Below are positions 12,087 to 21,879 of a stretch of DNA of 64,000 nucleotides, piece after piece (within the stretch, counting starts at the first letter, position 1; each line of letters starts with the position of its first letter). Below the pieces are notes generated by a model. It was given only the letters and a program-made list of their open reading frames with translations. It was not told the origin of the DNA and made no database searches. Both the position numbers and the translations under genes were made by a program. This DNA comes from Sulfurospirillaceae bacterium. Its GTDB lineage: Bacteria; Campylobacterota; Campylobacteria; Campylobacterales; Sulfurospirillaceae. The DNA is taken from assembly GCA_033723415.1 (NCBI GenBank), contig JAWVXD010000004.1, positions 32,001 through 96,000 of the forward strand. The letters run 5' to 3'.

Positions 12087-12664
12087 TTAACTATCCTCAT
12101 TCTTCCAAGTGCTCCATTTGCGCCAGGAACTGAACCTTTAACAGCCAAAATCCCGTTTTCCGCATCAAAAGAAACAACTTCATTTTTTACTGTTGTTTTT
12201 GCATTTCCATAGTGTCCTGGCATCTTTCTGCCCTTTTGAACACGACCAGGCCATTCACAGTTACCTATTGAACCTGGAGCTCTATGAAATCTACTACCAT
12301 GGCCGCCTGGACCACCTGCAAAATTATATCTTTTCATAACACCGGCAAAACCTCTACCTTTTGAATCAAAAGATACTTTAATAGTTTTTACTTCATTTAT
12401 TGCCGAAGTGTCAAGATCTCCAACTGTAACATCAGAAACATCTAAAGTTGCAAATCTGTTAAACTCTGCACTTAAATTATATTTCTTTTGCTGTCCTGCA
12501 ATAGCTTTGTTCATTTTTTTACCGCTTGCATAAGCTATGATAGCTTGCTTGTCGTTAGTAATTTCACAAACTTTTGCTTCTTTTACCTTTAGTAATGTTA
12601 CGGGAACACTCGGCACTGCAATGGTTCTGCTCATTCCGATTTTTTCTACTATATATTCCATCAT
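12083..12664 (-). CDS. rplC: 50S ribosomal protein L3
   Basis: [26 protein letters not shown]. Confidence 0.99.
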
Positions 12665-12670
12665 TACTCC

Positions 12671-12982
12671 CTACTTACCCATCGCTCTAACTTCTACATT
12701 CACCTCAGGAGCAAGATCAAGCTTCATGAGAGAATCGACAGTATCAGTTGTTGCCGATATAATATCTATCATACGAGAATGTATTCTAATCTCAAATTGT
12801 TCTCTTGAATCTTTGTTTACGTGTGGTGATTTAAGCACTGTATAGCGCTTAATTTTCGTAGGCATAGGAATTGGGCCTTTTATTTCGGCTCCAGTTCGCT
12901 TAACAGCTTCTACAATAGCTGCAACAGATCTGTCTAAAACTCTATGGTCATGTGCCTTGAGTTTAAGTCGTATTTTTTCCAT
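12671..12982 (-). CDS. rpsJ: 30S ribosomal protein S10
   Basis: [23 protein letters not shown]. Confidence 0.99.
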   Translation of the reverse strand: MEKIRLKLKAHDHRVLDRSVAAIVEAVKRTGAEIKGPIPMPTKIKRYTVLKSPHVNKDSREQFEIRIHSRMIDIISATTDTVDSLMKLDLAPEVNVEVRAMGK

Positions 12983-13138
12983 AATTACCCCTAAAAAAAG
13001 AACTTGTCACCTCAAACGATGACGATTAAGGAATGAGATTTTACTGAAATTTAAATCAAAAGTCAATATTTTAGGGCATCAAAGAGTTTTAAAGTCGATT
13101 TTATTTCCTTTTAATAAGGAAAAGATTATAATAAATTC

Positions 13139-14215
13139 ATGAATTTACTTGAAACCTTATATGAAATAAATTATAAAAATGATACTTATTATGAACGAAA
13201 AGCAAAAATCATATTTGATAAAACACTGATTTTAGGTCCTAGAAAAAGTGGAAAAACTCATCTTATCGTTGATTACCTGCAAAATTTTAATTCGACTGAT
13301 TTTTTGTATATTGATTTTTTGGACGAGCGTCTAAACGAAGAAGAATTAGACGGGAACAAACTTAGTATTTTTCTTAATGAACACGGTATAAAAATTTTAA
13401 TTCTTGAGAATTTTGATTTTTCTTTTGAATTGCCCAATGTTGACAAAATAATTATTACTTCTGATCTTTGCGATAAAAAACTTGAAAATTTCCATACCTT
13501 ATATCTGCACCCTTTAGATTTTGAGGAATTCATTTTATTTGATAAAAAACATTCAAATATAGAACAACTTTTTAACCAATTTACAAACCAAGGTTCTCTC
13601 CCTGAAATTGCTATGTATCATGAAAATGACCGCTATAAGAAAATGCAAAAAGTATCTAAAGATATATTTCAAAATAGAAATGAGTTTCTGATATTTAAAA
13701 AATTCTGTGAGATGCAAGGCACTAAAATATCTCTATTTCAGCTCTATAATCAACTCAAAACCAAAATGAAAATATCAAAGGATTTTGTTTATAAAACAAG
13801 TTTAGAACTGCAAGAGAAAGAATTGATCTTATTAGTAGAAAAATACCAGCAGAAAAAATCGGCAAAGAAAGTATACTTGTTTGATTTTGCTATCAAAAAT
13901 GGACTTACCTTTAAAAAAGATTTTCTAAAAAGATTTGAAAACATGGTTTTTTCAGAATTATATAAACGAAGAAAAGAAGTCTTCTATACTGATTTTATAG
14001 ACTTTTGGATTCCTTTAGAACAAGAAGGTATCATCTGCGCGCCATTTAGTACGATAATCTCGATCAAAAACAAATCAAATAAGATTCTCTCTCATGTAAA
14101 GGCATTAGAAGGTAAAACGATCTGGATAACAACTCTTGGAAACGAAGGTGAATTTGAACAAGAAGGAATAAAATTTATCTTGATCCCATTTTGGAATTGG
14201 GCGTTGCAAAGTTAA
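13139..14215 (+). CDS. AAA-family ATP-binding protein (AAA_14/DUF4143-like)
   Basis: Walker A GPRKSGKT; PLDFEEF, GSLPE, KKVYLFD, FENMV motifs. Confidence 0.8.
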   Translation: MNLLETLYEINYKNDTYYERKAKIIFDKTLILGPRKSGKTHLIVDYLQNFNSTDFLYIDFLDERLNEEELDGNKLSIFLNEHGIKILILENFDFSFELPNVDKIIITSDLCDKKLENFHTLYLHPLDFEEFILFDKKHSNIEQLFNQFTNQGSLPEIAMYHENDRYKKMQKVSKDIFQNRNEFLIFKKFCEMQGTKISLFQLYNQLKTKMKISKDFVYKTSLELQEKELILLVEKYQQKKSAKKVYLFDFAIKNGLTFKKDFLKRFENMVFSELYKRRKEVFYTDFIDFWIPLEQEGIICAPFSTIISIKNKSNKILSHVKALEGKTIWITTLGNEGEFEQEGIKFILIPFWNWALQS

Positions 14216-14230
14216 ATTTTAGACTGAATT

Positions 14231-14262
14231 GTTTCTGATTTGTTATCTTAATTGTATAAACT
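14231..14262 (+). promoter_or_regulatory. Pho-box-like direct repeat plus -10 upstream of phosphodiesterase
   Basis: GTTTC(14231)-N6-GTTAT(14242), 11-bp period, then TAAACT at 14257. Confidence 0.55.
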
Positions 14263-14290
14263 TCTAACATCAATCATGAGAAGGTTTTAG

Positions 14291-15073
14291 ATGAAATTTA
14301 TACACATAAGCGATACCCACATAATCTCCGGAAATAAAAGCCACTATGCTTCTGATCCTATCTATAAACTAAAAAAAGCGGTGGAAAGCATCAATAAATA
14401 TCAAAGTGGTGCTGATTTTGCAGTTATAACTGGTGATCTGTCTGATAATGGAGCATTAGAATCTTACGAGATATTAAAAAATATCTTAGATAACCTCAGC
14501 ATCCCTTACTATCTCATACTCGGGAACCATGACGATAGAGAAAATTATTTGAAAGTTTTTCCGGACCCATTTGCTACTCAACCATTTACGCATTTTAGTA
14601 AAATAATAGATAATTCTCTACTGCTTTTTTTAGATACTCTTGATGTGAGTTCTCACAGCGGTCATCTTTGTGAAAGTCGTTTTGAATGGTTAGAGAATGA
14701 ACTAGCACAAAACAATCATCTGCCAGCTTATATTTTTATGCATCATCCACCTGTAGTGATACATCATGACATGATGGATAGTATGGGTTTTAACGACAAA
14801 GAAGAATTTTGGAAGACAATTGAGAAGACCCAAAATGTAAAACATATCTTTTTTGGACATGTACATTTGATCATCAATGGTGTATTTAATGGAGTCGGTT
14901 ATTCAAGCACAAGAAGTACAAATCATCAAGTAGCCCTACACTCAAGTGTCAACGAACACTACAATTCACATGAAAGTGCAACGTATGCCATAGTCAGTAT
15001 AGACTCAGAACAGGTCAATTGTATCACACACGAGTATCTAAATGAAGAAAACATTTATCCAAGCAATATGTAA
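14291..15073 (+). CDS. Metallophosphoesterase, CpdA/GpdQ-like phosphodiesterase
   Basis: DTH, TGDL, GNHD, HHPP, GHVH calcineurin-like motifs. Confidence 0.9.
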   Translation: MKFIHISDTHIISGNKSHYASDPIYKLKKAVESINKYQSGADFAVITGDLSDNGALESYEILKNILDNLSIPYYLILGNHDDRENYLKVFPDPFATQPFTHFSKIIDNSLLLFLDTLDVSSHSGHLCESRFEWLENELAQNNHLPAYIFMHHPPVVIHHDMMDSMGFNDKEEFWKTIEKTQNVKHIFFGHVHLIINGVFNGVGYSSTRSTNHQVALHSSVNEHYNSHESATYAIVSIDSEQVNCITHEYLNEENIYPSNM

Positions 15074-15105
15074 CAAAACAGTGCTATAAATACGATACTT
15101 TTTTT

Positions 15106-15137
15106 GTAACTAATTTGTTACCTTCTTTATGTAAACT
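15106..15137 (+). promoter_or_regulatory. Second Pho-box-like direct repeat plus -10 upstream of ABC ATPase
   Basis: GTAAC(15106)-N6-GTTAC(15117), then TAAACT at 15132; same spacing as the site at 14231. Confidence 0.55.
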
Positions 15138-15178
15138 TGCGATCGAACAAAAAATTTAAATTTGATAAAGGCTATGTT

Positions 15179-16267
15179 TTGGCACATACAGAAGATGTCA
15201 CTTCTCATATAGATATCATTTCTCTTTCAAAATCTTTTGGCGGGAAACAAGTGATCTCTGATATCAGTTTTACGATCCAAAAAGGAAGTTTTACCGTCTT
15301 ATTAGGTCCTTCAGGGTGTGGGAAATCTACAATTTTACGGATGATAGCAGGACTTGAAGAATCAAACAGCGGCAAGATTTTACTAGATGGTGAAGATATC
15401 ATACATAAAAATCCTTCTCAAAGATCACTGTCAATGGTATTTCAGTCTTATGCCCTCTTTCCGCATCTAAGCATTAGAGAAAACATCATATTTGGATTAA
15501 AAATTAGAAAAGTCAAGAAATATATACGTGAAGAAAAGCTAGCAAAAGCAGCCGAATTAGTTGGTCTGCATGATGTCTTGGACAAGAAACCAGGACAATT
15601 ATCAGGTGGACAAAAACAAAGAGTAGCTCTTGCTAGAGCTTTTGTTGCAGATCACTCACTCTGTCTTATGGATGAACCTCTTTCAAATCTCGACGCAAAA
15701 TTAAGACATGAAATGAGAATAGAGATAAGAGGCTTACAAAAGAGACTTGGCATGACAGTGCTTTACGTCACACATGATCAAACAGAAGCAATGAGCATGG
15801 CTGATCATGTCATTTTGCTCAATAACGGGAAAATAGAACAACAAGGTACTCCTCAAGAGTTATACCAAAAGGTAGCAACGACATTTGTCGGCAAATTCAT
15901 CGGAACACCTCCTATGAATATAATCAAACTCCACAAAACAAAGGGGGTAATATCTATCAACGATAAAGCAATGAAGGTAAATGATTTAAACAGTTTATCC
16001 GATGGAGAATTTTTTCTTGGTATCCGTCCTGAAGATGTGAAAATAAACAAAGATCAAGATGGTGTTGAAGGAGTTGTTTTATTTCAAGATTACCACGGGT
16101 CCGATGCGATTCTTGGCATACAATTGGATAAGAATTCCCACGAACAACCATTTTTGGTACGCATCGAAGGACAAGACGGATACAACGTCGGCGAAAAGAT
16201 AAATGTGGCTTGGGATGAGAACAAAATAAATATTTTTGACTCACATGGCAGAAGAAAAGAGATCTAA
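15179..16267 (+). CDS. ABC transporter ATP-binding subunit (UgpC/MalK family)
   Basis: GPSGCGKS, LSGGQKQR, MDEPLSNLDAKLR; start placed at TTG 15179 after AAGG (ORF is open from 15137). Confidence 0.92.
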   Translation: MAHTEDVTSHIDIISLSKSFGGKQVISDISFTIQKGSFTVLLGPSGCGKSTILRMIAGLEESNSGKILLDGEDIIHKNPSQRSLSMVFQSYALFPHLSIRENIIFGLKIRKVKKYIREEKLAKAAELVGLHDVLDKKPGQLSGGQKQRVALARAFVADHSLCLMDEPLSNLDAKLRHEMRIEIRGLQKRLGMTVLYVTHDQTEAMSMADHVILLNNGKIEQQGTPQELYQKVATTFVGKFIGTPPMNIIKLHKTKGVISINDKAMKVNDLNSLSDGEFFLGIRPEDVKINKDQDGVEGVVLFQDYHGSDAILGIQLDKNSHEQPFLVRIEGQDGYNVGEKINVAWDENKINIFDSHGRRKEI

Positions 16268-16303
16268 TCTTTTTTTAATTTTATATATTTAAGGAATATT
16301 AAT

Positions 16304-17575
16304 ATGATACCAAAAATCAAAACAGCACTTCTTGGCTTTTTCGTTTTATTCGGATTTATGAGTCAAGCAGTAGCAGCACAAAAGACAGAGTTAACGATGT
16401 ATTACCCTGTAGCGGTAGGTGGTCCTTTGACTAAAATCATCGACGGTTTTGTTTCGGATTTTGAGAAAAAAAATCCTGACATCACTGTAAATGCAATCTA
16501 TTCGGGTAATTACAATGATGCAAGAATCAAAGCATTGGCAGCCATCAAAGCAGGAAAACCTGCACAACTTGCAGTAATGTTCTCGATCGATGTTTATGAT
16601 CTCATCGAACAAGATGCGATCGTCTCTTTTTCCGATCTTGCTAAAACAAAAGCAGATCAAAAATGGCTTAAATCTTTTTACCCTTCACTAATGGAAAATG
16701 GAACGACCCTTGGCAAAGTTTGGGGTATCCCGTTTCAACGTTCCACGATCGTTATGTATTACAACAAAGACATGTTTCAAAAAGCCGGCTTAAATCCTGA
16801 AAAACCACCGAGAACGTGGAGTGAGTTAGTAAGCATGGGTAAAAAACTGACAACAAAAGACCATTGGGGCGTGATGATACCTTCTACGGGTTATCCTTAC
16901 TGGATGTTTGGCGCGCTTACAAAAGAAAATGGCAGAACGTTGATGGACCAAGACGGTAAAAAAACATTTTTCGATGACAAAAAAGTTATAGAAGCTCTCG
17001 AATACTGGAAAGATCTGTCTACAAAATATCACGTCATGCCAAAGGGCACGATCCAATGGGGAACGCTTAGAAAAAACTTTTTAGAGGGTAAAACTGCGAT
17101 CATGTGGCACTCTACCGGAAATCTAACGACCGTTAAGAAAAATGCACCCTTTAACTTTGGTGTTGCCATGTTGCCTAAAAATGTTATGAGAGGCACTCCT
17201 ACAGGCGGCGGAAACTTTTATATCTTTAAGAAAACAACACCAAAAGAGAGAATCGCGGCTTTAAAGTTTATCAAATTTATGACAAGCCCTGCAGTGTCTG
17301 CTAAGTGGTCTATGGGTACTGGATATATCGGTATATCAAAAGCTGCTTACAATACGGCCGATCTAAAAGCTTATGTCAAAAGTTTTCCGGCAGCCAAAGT
17401 AGCGAGAGATCAACTCAAATATGCAACTGCAGAACTTTCAACATATCAAACAGGAAGAGTCAGAAAGCTACTTGATGATGCGATCCAAGCTGCACTTACA
17501 GGTGCTAAGTCTCCTAAGCAAGCGCTTATGGATGCACAGAGCGAAGCAACAAAATTGCTTAGACCTTATCAGTAA
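16304..17575 (+). CDS. ABC substrate-binding protein (UgpB-like)
   Basis: Signal peptide; GIPFQRST, YYNKDMF, PTGGGNF. Confidence 0.88.
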   Translation: MIPKIKTALLGFFVLFGFMSQAVAAQKTELTMYYPVAVGGPLTKIIDGFVSDFEKKNPDITVNAIYSGNYNDARIKALAAIKAGKPAQLAVMFSIDVYDLIEQDAIVSFSDLAKTKADQKWLKSFYPSLMENGTTLGKVWGIPFQRSTIVMYYNKDMFQKAGLNPEKPPRTWSELVSMGKKLTTKDHWGVMIPSTGYPYWMFGALTKENGRTLMDQDGKKTFFDDKKVIEALEYWKDLSTKYHVMPKGTIQWGTLRKNFLEGKTAIMWHSTGNLTTVKKNAPFNFGVAMLPKNVMRGTPTGGGNFYIFKKTTPKERIAALKFIKFMTSPAVSAKWSMGTGYIGISKAAYNTADLKAYVKSFPAAKVARDQLKYATAELSTYQTGRVRKLLDDAIQAALTGAKSPKQALMDAQSEATKLLRPYQ

Positions 17576-17593
17576 ACGGTTAGATTTAAAAAT

Positions 17594-18457
17594 ATGAAGC
17601 ACTTGTATGGATGGTTGTTATTATTACCTGCTTTTTTATTGTTGAGTATGTTTACTTACTATCCTGCTATTGCAACATTGATAGACTCTTTCTTTACGAA
17701 CAAAACAGTTATCAGGCCCCAAAAATTTGCGGGGCTTGATAATTTTGCGTTTATGCTCAAAGATGAAGTGTTTATTACGACGCTGAAAAACACTTTTTAT
17801 TTTGCTTTAGGAACCGTGCCGGTATCCATCGCTTTGGCGCTTATCATGGCGCTGTTCATAAATCAAAAGATATACGCAAAAGGCATCGTCAGACTAGCCT
17901 ATTTTACGCCGACTATTCTGCCGATGGTGGCAGTAGCAAATATTTGGTTATTTTTTTATGCTCCCCAAATCGGTCTTATCAATAAGGTTCTTGCATTTTT
18001 CGGCTATGGCGGAGTCAATTGGCTTGGAAACTCAAATACGGTTTTAGAGGCGCTGATGGTCATGACCGTTTGGAAAGAGGCCGGCTTTTTCATGATCTTT
18101 TATATAGCGGCATTGCAATCGCTCCCAAAAGAGTTATATGAGGCTGCCAAGATAGAGGGTGCTTCCTCCTGGACCAGCTTTTGGAGGATCACGTTTCCAC
18201 TGCTCATGCCGACGACTTTTTTTGTCATGATCAATGCCGTGCTCAATGCTTTTAAACTGGTAGATCATCTTTTTATACTCACAAAAGGCGGTCCGGACAA
18301 TGCTTCGAACTTGCTTTTGTATTACATCTATGAGACGGCTTTTTCGTTTTTCGACTACTCGTATGCCGCAACGCTTACGGTTGCGCTGCTTACTATATTG
18401 ATACTTTTATCACTGTTTCAATTTTCAGTCATCGAAAAACGCGTCCATTACAAATAA
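17594..18457 (+). CDS. ABC permease (UgpA-like)
   Basis: EAA loop EAAKIEGAS; TKGGP. Confidence 0.9.
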   Translation: MKHLYGWLLLLPAFLLLSMFTYYPAIATLIDSFFTNKTVIRPQKFAGLDNFAFMLKDEVFITTLKNTFYFALGTVPVSIALALIMALFINQKIYAKGIVRLAYFTPTILPMVAVANIWLFFYAPQIGLINKVLAFFGYGGVNWLGNSNTVLEALMVMTVWKEAGFFMIFYIAALQSLPKELYEAAKIEGASSWTSFWRITFPLLMPTTFFVMINAVLNAFKLVDHLFILTKGGPDNASNLLLYYIYETAFSFFDYSYAATLTVALLTILILLSLFQFSVIEKRVHYK

Positions 18458-18470
18458 GGAAGAGAACTTT

Positions 18471-19268
18471 ATGAAATACTTACAAACACTAGCTACCTGG
18501 GTCTTGGCGATACTATGGTCCCTTCCTCTTCTTTATGCCTTCTGGGCTGCCTTTCATCTTGAGAGCAGTGCGACGCATTTTAGTTTGAGTGCACCCTTGA
18601 CCTTGAACAATTTTAAAATAGCCCTGAGCCAAGCACCTTTTTTTAGATACATGTTCAACACGATGATCATGGTCACAATGATCTTAGGTGTTCAGTTAGT
18701 GTTGTGTACGCTGGCGGCATATGCGTTTGCCAAATTTGATTTTTATGGAAAAAACGTTGCTTTTTTCTTAGTGCTGTTGCAGCTCATGATCGTCCCGGAA
18801 ATCCTCATCATGAAGAACTATCAAACACTCGCAGACCTTGGTTTGACCGACACGATTTTAGGTATCGGTCTGCCTTACATGGCTTCGGCATTTGGTATTT
18901 TTTTACTCAGACAAACATTTAAGACCATACCAAAAGAGTTGGATGATGCCGCAAAAATAGAGGGATGTTCCCAGATGTGCATACTCTGGAGGATTTATAT
19001 TCCTTTATCAAAACCGACTTACCTAGCCTATGCCTTAGTCTCGATCAGCTATCATTGGAATAATTTTTTATGGCCCTTAGTCGTCTCAAACTCACAAACC
19101 GTGAGACCCTTGACCGTAGGACTTGCGATTTTCGCAGCTCCAGAATCCGGTGTTGAGTGGCCTATTCTTTCGGCTGCCACTTTACTCTCCGTAGCCCCGC
19201 TTCTTTTGGCTTTTTTATTGTTTCAAAGGCAGTTTGTCGAATCATTTTTACATACAGGAATCAAATGA
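18471..19268 (+). CDS. ABC permease (UgpE-like)
   Basis: DAAKIEGCS, WNNFLWPL. Confidence 0.9.
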   Translation: MKYLQTLATWVLAILWSLPLLYAFWAAFHLESSATHFSLSAPLTLNNFKIALSQAPFFRYMFNTMIMVTMILGVQLVLCTLAAYAFAKFDFYGKNVAFFLVLLQLMIVPEILIMKNYQTLADLGLTDTILGIGLPYMASAFGIFLLRQTFKTIPKELDDAAKIEGCSQMCILWRIYIPLSKPTYLAYALVSISYHWNNFLWPLVVSNSQTVRPLTVGLAIFAAPESGVEWPILSAATLLSVAPLLLAFLLFQRQFVESFLHTGIK

Positions 19269-20038
19269 AATATCATATATCAAGTAAAATAAAATTTGTA
19301 GTTTTTGACTTAGACGGCGTTTTTTATAGAGATCATGAAGCCTTACACGGCGGAAAAGATATCATAGAATTTTTAGATGCAAATGACATCGGATACTGTT
19401 TTTTGACGAACAATTCTTGTTTTCCACTCCAAACGTATCAAGACAAACTAAAAGTTTGCGGCATCACTATAAATGAAGAGAAAATAATCACAACCACGTC
19501 TCTGCTCACGTCTTATATAACAAGCAGGCAGTTTAAAGATATTTACGTGCTCGGCAGTCCTCATTTAAAAAGTATTTTATATGAAAACTTCACATATAAT
19601 GATGTCCTACCTGATGCTTTAGTAGTCGGGATGCATGACCACATCACGCTAGAAGATATCTCAAAAGCGATCAGTGTGCTTGGAGAAAATAGTGAGATAA
19701 TCGCTGCGAATCCTGATAAACTGATACCAAAAAGCGGCGGTTTCGGGCTAGAGTGCGGTGTTATCCTGGACATCTTACACAGTGCCACGGATAAAAAATC
19801 TTTTGTCGTAGGGAAACCGAACAGATATGCTTTTGATTTTATCTTAGAAAACTTTAACGTCCGAAGAGAAGAAGTATTGATGGTAGGCGACACTTACGAT
19901 ACCGACATCTTAGGCGCGATCAACTCAGATATAAAGGCAGCCTGGGTAAAAACCGGCAATGCCTTGCCAAAAGATATTGATTATGATCAATTTATATCTT
20001 TAGACTCATTGCATGATTTGATAAAAATTTTACTATAA
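19265..20038 (+). CDS. HAD-IIA family phosphatase (NagD-like)
   Basis: DLDGV, TNN, GKP, VGDTYDTDI; true ATG at 19265 overlaps upstream stop (ATGA). Confidence 0.9.
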   Translation: MKYHISSKIKFVVFDLDGVFYRDHEALHGGKDIIEFLDANDIGYCFLTNNSCFPLQTYQDKLKVCGITINEEKIITTTSLLTSYITSRQFKDIYVLGSPHLKSILYENFTYNDVLPDALVVGMHDHITLEDISKAISVLGENSEIIAANPDKLIPKSGGFGLECGVILDILHSATDKKSFVVGKPNRYAFDFILENFNVRREEVLMVGDTYDTDILGAINSDIKAAWVKTGNALPKDIDYDQFISLDSLHDLIKILL

Positions 20039-20069
20039 TACGCAAATACGAGTTTTGACTGGAGACGTG

Positions 20070-20630
20070 ATGTTATGTGGGATTGATGAAGCCGGCCGAG
20101 GCTGTATAGCCGGACCTTTAGTAGTAGCCGGAGTCGCTTTAGTGAGAGATATTCACGGATTAGCCGATTCAAAAATATTGAGTGAAGTAAAAAGAGATGC
20201 TTTATTTGATATCATCAAAGAATTCGCTGAGTATAAAATAGTATTTTGCGACAACCAAATGATCGATAAAAAAGGACTGAGCTATTGTCTTGGATACGCT
20301 ATAGCAACTATCAAAGATCACTTTATATCACTGGATGAAAACTATGAAATATTGATGGACGGCAACAGTTCTTTTGGAGTCAGAGGGATAGAGACCATGA
20401 TAAAAGCAGATACAAAGGTACCCGAAGTCAGTGCAGCAAGTATTTTGGCAAAAGTCAGCCGCGACCAATATATGTACAGCGTGTGTGAACAATATCCGGA
20501 TTATTCATTTTCAAAACATAAAGGTTACGGCACTGCTTTACATGTCGAAGAAATTAAAAAATATGGCTATTCAGATATACACAGATCAAGTTTTAAGATA
20601 AAAAGCCTCAGAGAACCTAGTCTTTTTTGA
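20070..20630 (+). CDS. rnhB: Ribonuclease HII
   Basis: GIDEAGRG, DSK, AASILAKVSRD, KGYGT. Confidence 0.97.
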   Translation: MLCGIDEAGRGCIAGPLVVAGVALVRDIHGLADSKILSEVKRDALFDIIKEFAEYKIVFCDNQMIDKKGLSYCLGYAIATIKDHFISLDENYEILMDGNSSFGVRGIETMIKADTKVPEVSAASILAKVSRDQYMYSVCEQYPDYSFSKHKGYGTALHVEEIKKYGYSDIHRSSFKIKSLREPSLF

Positions 20631-20770
20631 GCTTACTACTACAGCTTGGGATTTTGCCGCTATCTTTGGCAAAATACTCTCAAAATTCAGCTAAATACTT
20701 TTAAGCTCAAATCTTACCTATCCACTTTCACAAAAGTTTTGCCGCTAAGTTTGAGATTTACCAATCAATA
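20628..20770 (-). ncRNA. ssrS: Probable 6S RNA (epsilonproteobacterial 'purD motif' type); ends approximate
   Basis: Minus strand CTTAGCGGC...GGATAGGTAAGATTTGAGC...GTATTTAGCTGAATT...CAAAGATAGCGG...GCTGTAGTAGTAAG; ends pair, rod-like fold; resembles Helicobacter/Campylobacter 6S as recalled; upstream TAAAAT. Confidence 0.55.
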
Positions 20771-20917
20771 AAGTAAAATTATTTTAAATATTATTTTACT
20801 ATTATGATGATACAAATTTACGCTATTTATAAAAAAGAAATTTTATTTTATGCAAAATGTTGTAACTCTTAAACTTATATTGATATAATTTTTTAAATTT
20901 AAAATAAGGGAGTAGCG

Positions 20918-21871
20918 ATGAAACTATTTAAAATCATTTCATTGGCGGCATTTGTTATATTTGGGTTAAACTTACAGGCAGCCAGTACAAGGATCACTTA
21001 TAAATCAGCAAAATCTTCATCTTCATATTATCAAATGGCTGTACAAGTGGGTGAAAATGTTAACAAAGTTACTAATGGCAACTTAAGCGTTACGATAGAG
21101 GAGAGTCAAGGCTCTGTTCAAAATGTAAAAGAAGCCAGAAAAAGAATGGGTAATTACGTATTTACCACCCCTCCTGTTTTAGTTAAACTAGCACTTGCAA
21201 AAAAAGCAATGTTCAAGAAAGACAATCCAAAAGATTATCAAAAGATCAGGGCTCTGTTCCCGATTCCTTTCTTGACGATGCATTTCGTTGTACGCGCGGA
21301 TTCTCATATAAATACATTTGCTGATCTAGCAGGAAAAAGTATCTTGATAGGAAAAGGAAGCTTTGGAGCCAAAGAAGCTGCAAAATACATAAAATTGTTT
21401 GGGCTTGAGGGCAAAGTGAAACTAATCAGTGCTGAACTCTCAGGTGCTGTTGCAGCTCTGAAAAATGGTCAAATCGACGGTTTTGCAACTGCTGGATCAT
21501 ATCCTGCACCAAACGTAATAGAAGCAGCAGCCAGCACAAAGATCAAAATTCTTAGCATGAGCAAAGCAGAACTCAAGAAAACAAAAAGAGATGAATTGAT
21601 CATACCGGCAGGAACTTATCCCGGCATTGATCATGATATAATCACAACAACCTTGCCTGTTGGAGTATATACAACTACAAATATGAGCGACAAAACAGCA
21701 TATGAACTCACAAAAGCGTTCTGGGAATCAAAGAAAAACCTAGACAAACAGAACATCTGGTGGAAAGCCGTCACGCTTAAAAACCTAAATATGTTTCATG
21801 TAAAGCTTCACAAAGGAGCACTCAAATATTACAATGAAATAAAAGCAAATATACCTGCTAGATTTAAATAA
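20918..21871 (+). CDS. TAXI-family TRAP transporter solute-binding subunit
   Basis: Signal peptide, GSVQNV, IPAGTYPG, LHKGALKYY; extended -10 TGATATAAT at 20881. Confidence 0.9.
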   Translation: MKLFKIISLAAFVIFGLNLQAASTRITYKSAKSSSSYYQMAVQVGENVNKVTNGNLSVTIEESQGSVQNVKEARKRMGNYVFTTPPVLVKLALAKKAMFKKDNPKDYQKIRALFPIPFLTMHFVVRADSHINTFADLAGKSILIGKGSFGAKEAAKYIKLFGLEGKVKLISAELSGAVAALKNGQIDGFATAGSYPAPNVIEAAASTKIKILSMSKAELKKTKRDELIIPAGTYPGIDHDIITTTLPVGVYTTTNMSDKTAYELTKAFWESKKNLDKQNIWWKAVTLKNLNMFHVKLHKGALKYYNEIKANIPARFK

Positions 21872-21879
21872 CCGTATAA

